This document shows, one piece after another, positions 63,115 to 64,000 of a stretch of 64,000 nucleotides of DNA. Each line of letters starts with the position of its first letter. The first letter of the stretch is position 1. The DNA is taken from NCBI RefSeq assembly GCF_037042905.1, contig NC_087252.1, forward strand, positions 24,182,001 to 24,246,000, in the 5' to 3' direction. The translations under genes and the position numbers were made by a program. The stretch comes from Lytechinus pictus (Eukaryota). A model generated the notes under the pieces. The model saw only the letters and a program-made list of their open reading frames with translations. It was not told the DNA's origin and did not search any database.

Positions 63115-63579
63115 GACACCGTTCTCACTACCTTTCTAAAAATACTGGAAACTAGTTAAGTGGAAACCAGTTGAACGTGTAATGAGAACGGTCGAAGCGG
63201 TCTTGCAAGCGATCTTCCAAACCGGGTCATTAAACCACCACGCGATGTAGATTTCAAGATCGCTTTGCCTCGTTAAACTGGTTTTAGCGTATTAAAGTAA
63301 GGAGACACAACCGTTCTTCGGGAAGCGATCTTCGCATATTTTGAGCGCGCAACTCCACACACTGTGTGTAGAATGCCTACGGTGCAGTTTCAAATTTCGC
63401 GCGAAATGTGTCACCCCACTGAGAGTGTTCCCATAGCAACAAGATGGCATTACGTGAAGTGATTTTGAAAACCACTTCTGGGTGATCAAGTGGGAACGCT
63501 GGCAAAGCAATCCTCCAAACTGGTTTCCTGAACCGAATTCCAGTAAACTAGTTTTAGAAAGCGTAATGAGAACGGGGTC
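63115..63579 (+). mobile_element. PIF/Harbinger (Tourist-like) MITE, full length
   Basis: TAA|GACACCGTTCTCACTAC ... GTAATGAGAACGGGGTC|TAA; 3-bp TAA TSD; truncated sister at 19009. Confidence 0.92.
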
Positions 63580-64000
63580 TAATTCTAGCTTCTGACAGAA
63601 TTTTTCAGAAAACAAATATTTTATGAACACAATAGCTTACAAAAATCTGATTTATTCATCTCCCCTATCCAAAATATGCCAACTTGTTATATTTTATAGC
63701 TCCCTTTTGGATACTAAAATGCCAGAGCAAAGTGCATTTTGGGTTAAACTTTTCCCCATCAAAAATCTACTTGAGTCGAAACTGGGATGAAATTTTGTCC
63801 CAATAATGATGAAGCCTTCAGACTAAACAAATAGAAGATCTGGGATTTAAAAAAAAAAGGCCAGTCAAAATTGACCTTTGAACTTGCCAGTGCAGCATCT
63901 GAAAGGGCAAAACATTCCACAGCTGTTTGGCTGTAGGTCATGTGAAGGGCAAATGCAGGTATTACTGCAATGCACAGTGCAATGTGTATGAACTACAATA

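Overview
AT-rich (roughly 35-38% GC by eye), repeat-dense eukaryotic non-coding DNA. The homopolymer G/C runs, GA/CT tracts and MITE families look like a marine invertebrate, probably an echinoderm such as a sea urchin (inference only). I find no intact protein-coding gene, RNA gene or CRISPR array; the listed ORFs read as noise from repeats and low-complexity DNA. The window is a mosaic of non-autonomous DNA transposons whose ends and target-site duplications (TSDs) can be read directly: hAT-like (8-bp TSD), Kolobok-like (TTAA), PIF/Harbinger-like (3-bp TAA/CWG), a long foldback element, and a 7.4-kb element with hairpin ends and a 9-bp TSD that hosts a four-level nest. Two decayed coding remnants are present: a LINE ORF2 C-terminus and a hAT transposase C-terminus. 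Unique-sequence islands between repeats carry candidate cis-regulatory motif clusters. The strongest unexplained signal is about 50 copies of the palindrome TACATGTA (hand count; about 2 expected from composition). Several appear to be CATGTA insertions at a TA, the classic Tc1/mariner excision footprint. All coordinates and counts were read by hand and may be off by a few bases.
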